This document shows, one piece after another, positions 26,199-30,112 of a stretch of DNA of 30,112 nt (position 1 is its first letter; each line of letters starts with the position of its first letter). The notes under the pieces were generated by a model. It worked only from the letters and a program-made list of their open reading frames with translations. It was not told the DNA's origin and searched no databases. Origin of the DNA: a virus (lineage: Duplodnaviria; Caudoviricetes); the IMG/VR virus record IMGVR_UViG_3300037424_000892, positions 1-30,112 of that record; one strand, given 5' to 3'. The translations under genes and the position numbers were made by a program.

Positions 26199-26507
26199 TC
26201 AATCCCAGTAAGGTTTTCCGACAACCGACGGGGCGCGGCCCTCGGCCCGGTCGATATATTCCTGATAATATGCGTTACTCGAGGGGATGGAAATACCCTG
26301 ATGGTGGACGGAGTCAAGGCCCAACGTCTCCGCCAGGAGGGCGCGGTCCGCGGGGGTCAAGTCCCCCCACTGGTCGGCGTGGGCTTTCGTGGAGGAAATC
26401 CGGATCCAGCCCCACGCGGTCCCGCGGCCACCGGTGACGCTCCAAGCGCGGCCCGTTCTGGTTTTGAGTGCGGATTTAATTTTTTTAATCGTTTCGTTGC
26501 GGTCCAT
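26199..26507 (-). CDS. hypothetical protein (102 aa), first gene of accessory operon 2
   Basis: ATG 26507 follows the GGAGG of the duplicated cassette (MDRNETIKKIKSALK...). The ORF-track start at 26591 crosses the promoter. Confidence 0.8.
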   Translation of the reverse strand: MDRNETIKKIKSALKTRTGRAWSVTGGRGTAWGWIRISSTKAHADQWGDLTPADRALLAETLGLDSVHHQGISIPSSNAYYQEYIDRAEGRAPSVVGKPYWD

Positions 26508-26578
26508 GGTTTTCCTCCGTGTCGTTAGGTTGACTAGATAATACCGGAGGTTTGATTGTTTGTCAACCATTAAATCAA
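26505..26578 (-). repeat. 74-bp repeat, copy 2 (sigma70 promoter+RBS+ATG), inverted relative to 2692-2765
   Basis: Exact reverse complement of 2692-2765; TTGACA-17-TATTAT on the minus strand. Confidence 0.97.
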
Positions 26579-26773
26579 TATTATTTTCCACACGCCATTA
26601 AATTGTATAAACCCGCGATTGCTCAGGCTGGACAGCGCCCGCTTGACCTGATCGGCGGTGTACTCGGAGGCCAGGGCCGCGGTTATCTCCTCGAACTCCG
26701 CCGGCCCGCGGCGCAGATAATGATAAATTGAAATCATGCAGGGGGATTTTATAATTCTACCTGCCACAACCAT
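26570..26773 (-). CDS. small winged-helix-like protein
   Basis: IYHYLRRGPAEFEEITAALASEYTADQVKRALSSLSNRGFIQFNGVWKI fits a wHTH pattern. Start may be 26773 or 26737. Confidence 0.55.
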   Translation of the reverse strand: MVVAGRIIKSPCMISIYHYLRRGPAEFEEITAALASEYTADQVKRALSSLSNRGFIQFNGVWKIILI

Positions 26774-26777
26774 GGGT

Positions 26778-29018
26778 CTAGTCCTTTCTGTATCGATCCC
26801 CGCGCCACCCGCCGGCGGCCTTCACCGGCCAGCCATGGGCCCACGCGGGCACCGTGGACATAATCCGCTCGAACTCGGCCACGTCGCCCGAACCGGCGGG
26901 GACCTCTGAAACAATCTCGTCGTGGACATGCAGGACGATCGGATAGCCGGCCCGCTCAAGCGGCGGCATGCTGAACGCCAGCAGATCCCGCGCCGTGGCC
27001 TGGACATAGTTTTCCGTCAACTTCCCGCCCCACGTATCAAGCCGGGTCCACGCCTGGGGACCCTTTTTATAATCGGAATTCCACCCCATATAGGTAAGCC
27101 GCAGCGACGGCCGCCCGCGGAAATCCGTGTCCGGTTCGAGGCGCGGCGCGTGGTATGTGAGATTTCGACCGGAGGGTAGCCGACAATATAAAATATCATC
27201 CCGGACCCCATAGATTATCGCGGGGGGCTGGCCGCAGGACGTGGCCGGCGCCTGGTACTGGTAGCAATGGCCCGGATTCTGGACGGCCATAAACGCGGCG
27301 TCCTGGATCCCGTACCAAAATTTTGAGATCAGGGGGGACGCCCGACGCCAAGCTTTTATTTTGTCCTGGATTTCGTCGTCGTCCATGAATTCGCCGGCGC
27401 CGAACGCTTTCCACGCTCCCAGCCCGCCGCCAAACCCGCCCGCCAGCTCCGGGATTTTTCCGTACTTTTTACGGGTGGGGTGATGCGTCCCGGTTTCCTT
27501 TTTATAATTTAGGATTTCGTCAAACGGGATTCCGGTTATATCGCTGGCGGTTTTTTCGTAAATCTTGCCATGGGTCCTAAAAACGATTTGCCGCCACTCC
27601 TCGCCGGCCAGCTCCGCCAGGACAACCGCCTCAATTGCGGAAAAGTCCGAACAGATGAACTCACAACCCGGGGCCGCGGCAAAAAGTCCGCGGAGGCAGC
27701 CGGAGACGGCCGCCACGGCGTCCCCCCACTGGGACTCTATCCTTGCCAGGTCCCGGGTAGAAATATCAACCAGGGCCGCGTTTACCGCCTCAATCCCCCA
27801 GTCTGTTTTGCAATCGGGACCGCGGAGCGCCCCGCAGGCCGGGCAGGTTAAAAGCCCGGTCCAGTAGACGCGGCCACAACCCGGGCAGCGGATCACGTCC
27901 GGACCAGATGCGGGGAGGTTTTGCGGCTGAGGACCACGACCCGCCCACCGCCCCGTTCGATCGGCGCCGCAGAACGCGAACAGGTCCCGGAGGCGTCCGT
28001 CCCTACTGACTCGGCGCTGAATGGCAAAAAGTTTTTTGACGCTGGCCGCGCCCAAGCTGGCCCGGATTTCCAGGACCCGCCGGCACGACGCCGGGAGGTC
28101 CGGCCGTTTGAGGGCCGACTCGACCGCCTCCGCGTCCAGGCTGGACAGGTGCACGCCGTTTGCCCCCAGCCAGCCCATTATTTTAGCAATCTCCCCCGCG
28201 GTCTGGACCGTGCCGGCGGTTATCTCCTGCAGCTCCACCGTGTAGCGTGAAAACGCGGTGTTAACTATGTGGATGCAATCCGCCAGGGCCGCGTGGTCGA
28301 TGTAGACGCCGCGGGTATTGATAGCCTGGTCGAGTTGCCACAATTCGAGCTCCTGGGGGCTCAGGTCGGGGCACAGGATAGAGACGGCCGCCTCCGCCCG
28401 GATATCCTGGACGTTGTAATCGTAAAACCGCTGGAAAGCGGCGGGGTCCATTTCCGGGGTTATCCGGGTGGCGGGCTGGTTTTTCGTCGGCTTTTGCGGG
28501 ATAGACAGTTTACGGATAAGGGCGTCCCCGCCGGGGTCCTTTTGCTCCCCGGCGTTCAGCGCTTTTGCAATTTCTACCAGTTTCCCCGGGAGGCTGTGAG
28601 CGCGGCCCTTTGCCATACTGCAACGAACTTGGTGGGCGGGGAGCGCCGGCCAGCCCATACGGGCCTGGCAGACGTTGAGCCAGATATAATACTCGAACCC
28701 GGAATTATGCGCCTCAAGAAGTCCGCCAGCGGCGATGTGCCGGAATAGCTCCTCCGGGGGCGGGCAGCCGGGAACCCATAACCGCGGGCCGGCTCCGTCC
28801 TTGAGGTCGTAGGCCATACAAAGGACCTCCGTTGACGGATGCTCCGAATAGACGGAGGCCCCCACGGCGGAAAGCCCACGGTCATTTTTGGTTATCCCGG
28901 ACCACTTTTTCCCCTTTGGATCCCAAACGAAACCCGCCTCGCTGTATGTTTCGAAATCAAGATCGGGCAAAACGGTTGCAAAGCCGGGGCCCACCTGGAC
29001 GACCTGGCCGGCGATCAT
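26778..29018 (-). CDS. phage DNA polymerase, family A
   Basis: Exo motifs DLDFETYS, AHNSGFE and YNVQD; TGRWAGRGPQPQNL; motif A SDFSAIEA; motif B GKIPELAGGFGGG; motif C LHVHDEIV. Confidence 0.95.
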   Translation of the reverse strand: MIAGQVVQVGPGFATVLPDLDFETYSEAGFVWDPKGKKWSGITKNDRGLSAVGASVYSEHPSTEVLCMAYDLKDGAGPRLWVPGCPPPEELFRHIAAGGLLEAHNSGFEYYIWLNVCQARMGWPALPAHQVRCSMAKGRAHSLPGKLVEIAKALNAGEQKDPGGDALIRKLSIPQKPTKNQPATRITPEMDPAAFQRFYDYNVQDIRAEAAVSILCPDLSPQELELWQLDQAINTRGVYIDHAALADCIHIVNTAFSRYTVELQEITAGTVQTAGEIAKIMGWLGANGVHLSSLDAEAVESALKRPDLPASCRRVLEIRASLGAASVKKLFAIQRRVSRDGRLRDLFAFCGADRTGRWAGRGPQPQNLPASGPDVIRCPGCGRVYWTGLLTCPACGALRGPDCKTDWGIEAVNAALVDISTRDLARIESQWGDAVAAVSGCLRGLFAAAPGCEFICSDFSAIEAVVLAELAGEEWRQIVFRTHGKIYEKTASDITGIPFDEILNYKKETGTHHPTRKKYGKIPELAGGFGGGLGAWKAFGAGEFMDDDEIQDKIKAWRRASPLISKFWYGIQDAAFMAVQNPGHCYQYQAPATSCGQPPAIIYGVRDDILYCRLPSGRNLTYHAPRLEPDTDFRGRPSLRLTYMGWNSDYKKGPQAWTRLDTWGGKLTENYVQATARDLLAFSMPPLERAGYPIVLHVHDEIVSEVPAGSGDVAEFERIMSTVPAWAHGWPVKAAGGWRGDRYRKD

Positions 29019-29593
29019 TTAAAACTCATTATTACGGTCTGCGCAGCGATGATGCTTTCCAGGTCGGGCCGCAAGTTCGGAATAAAATAGCTTGGCCCCT
29101 GGTGATGTAATTCTATCTTTACCCCTGAGCCCGCAAAGGGTTTGAACGTGGCCAGCGCCTCGACTATCTGATCAATCGGCATTGTGCAGGTACGCGGGGG
29201 CGTCTCAGCATGCGTTAAAACGCGGGAGTAATCCGGGAACCGGGGGTCCCACTCAAGTTTGTTGAAAATCTCGACCGTCTCCCCGTCGGTAAAAATTATT
29301 TGATCCCCGTAGACGAACACGCTAACCCGGGTGTTTGACTTTGCGGGAAAAACCTTGACCAGCTTTCGGGCGTATTCGGAATAAAGAACAAACGACGAAC
29401 CGGCCGGCTCCGCGTGGGGGGCCCGGCATTCCACGAAGGTAAGCCGCTTTCCGTCGGTAGCCACGAACCGGACAACGCCGTCGGGGAGGAATTCAAAAAG
29501 AACGGACATGAGCACCGCGTGCCCACCGACGGTTTTTGCAGCCGCGGCCAGGGCGCAGGCCAACGCGGCGTTAAACTCAAAAACGGGAATCAT
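29015..29593 (-). CDS. truncated DNA polymerase III beta-clamp-like protein (192 aa)
   Basis: VLFEF-VRFVATDGKRL, RFPDYSRVL and C-terminal VIMSFK. ATG 29593 has a GGAGGT RBS and is preferred over the track start at 29698. Confidence 0.8.
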   Translation of the reverse strand: MIPVFEFNAALACALAAAAKTVGGHAVLMSVLFEFLPDGVVRFVATDGKRLTFVECRAPHAEPAGSSFVLYSEYARKLVKVFPAKSNTRVSVFVYGDQIIFTDGETVEIFNKLEWDPRFPDYSRVLTHAETPPRTCTMPIDQIVEALATFKPFAGSGVKIELHHQGPSYFIPNLRPDLESIIAAQTVIMSFK

Positions 29594-29615
29594 TCGGGGG
29601 ACCTCCTGGAGGTAT

Positions 29616-29647
29616 AAAACGCCCGGCCGCCATAATAGCGGCCGGGC
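29616..29647 (-). terminator. Rho-independent terminator after the SSB-like gene
   Basis: Minus strand gcccggccgcta-tta-tggcggccgggc-gtttt. Confidence 0.7.
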
Positions 29648-29660
29648 TGGTGGGGGTGGA

Positions 29661-30112
29661 TTAAACCATATAGCCCTGAGCGCGGAGGCTTTCGTCATTC
29701 CATCCGGCGGTGATAAACGCCGCGTAGGGCTGGCCCCCGGCTTTCGCGGTCATGACCGGGCCGGTAGGCGCGGGGGGCATACCGCCGGACGGGTTGAGGA
29801 AATCCGGGGCGGGCACAACGCCGCCAGCGGCCGGGGGCGCACCGGCCCCGGGGTAGCCGCCAGCGGCCGGGGGCGCACCGGCCCCGGGGTAGCCGCCAGC
29901 GGCCGGAGGAGCGCCGGCCCCGGGGTAGCCGCCAGCGGCCGGAGGAGCGCCGGCCCCGGGGTAGCCGCCAGCGGCCGGGGGCGCACCGGCCCCGGGGTAG
30001 CCGCCAGCGGCCGGGGGCGCACCGGCCCCGGGGTAGCCGCCAGCGGCCGGGGGCGCACCGGCCCCGGGGTAGCCGCCAGCGGCCGGGGGCGCACCGGCCC
30101 CGGGGTAGCCGC
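29661..30112 (-). CDS. C-terminal part of a probable phage ssDNA-binding protein (5' end outside window)
   Basis: Frame reads (GYPGAGAPPAAG)x8 then GVVPAPDFLNP...VMTAKAGGQPYAAFITAGWNDESLRAQGYMV*. The tail resembles those I recall from phage SSB-like proteins; it lies upstream of the polymerase. Confidence 0.65.
   Translation of the reverse strand, partial: GYPGAGAPPAAGGYPGAGAPPAAGGYPGAGAPPAAGGYPGAGAPPAAGGYPGAGAPPAAGGYPGAGAPPAAGGYPGAGAPPAAGGYPGAGAPPAAGGVVPAPDFLNPSGGMPPAPTGPVMTAKAGGQPYAAFITAGWNDESLRAQGYMV
29820..30112. repeat. 36-bp coding tandem repeat, at least 8 copies
   Basis: Unit gccgccagcggccgggggcgcaccggccccggggta; copies 3 and 4 carry three substitutions; runs off the window end. Confidence 0.97.

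Noticed and set aside
29750-30094. ORF-track protein of RPRPLAATPGPV repeats
   Set aside because: Wrong frame; repeat variants are synonymous only in the GYPGAGAPPAAG frame.
29820-30112. Possible CRISPR array (36-bp unit)
   Set aside because: Units are contiguous with no spacers and are protein-coding.
1-30112. Stop-codon recoding or unusual restriction-site bias
   Set aside because: Genes are intact under the standard code and use all three stops. CCGCGG looks frequent but I cannot quantify it by eye.

Overview
This 30.1 kb window is part of a GC-rich tailed dsDNA phage or prophage with a contractile tail, most likely infecting a diderm host (a lipoprotein spanin is present). No integrase, tRNA or CRISPR array was seen. 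The + strand carries a lambda-like head module (terS, GpA-type terL, gpW-like, portal, S49 protease with a nested scaffold, decoration protein, gpE-type capsid). A Mu-like tail and baseplate module follows (sheath, tube, frameshifted chaperone, tape measure, gpN-like, LysM-hub, spike, gp46/47/48-like, fibre), then an AT-rich tailspike-like gene and holin/spanin genes. The - strand at the right end carries replication genes: the C-terminus of an SSB-like protein with a 36-bp tandem repeat, a truncated beta-clamp-like gene and a family A DNA polymerase. The most unusual signals are: (1) an identical 74-bp sigma70 promoter+RBS+ATG cassette in two inverted copies (2692-2765 and 26505-26578) bracketing the virion genes, each driving a different small-gene operon; (2) two divergent truncated beta-clamp-like proteins that keep the peptide-binding-pocket motifs but lack domain I, one of them in an acr/aca-like operon; (3) sigma70 promoters abutting start codons of packaging and head genes, suggesting leaderless mRNAs; (4) a tailspike-like protein with a signal peptide; (5) a candidate RNA pseudoknot between the tail tube and chaperone genes. 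All product calls come from motif recognition and gene order, not database searches.
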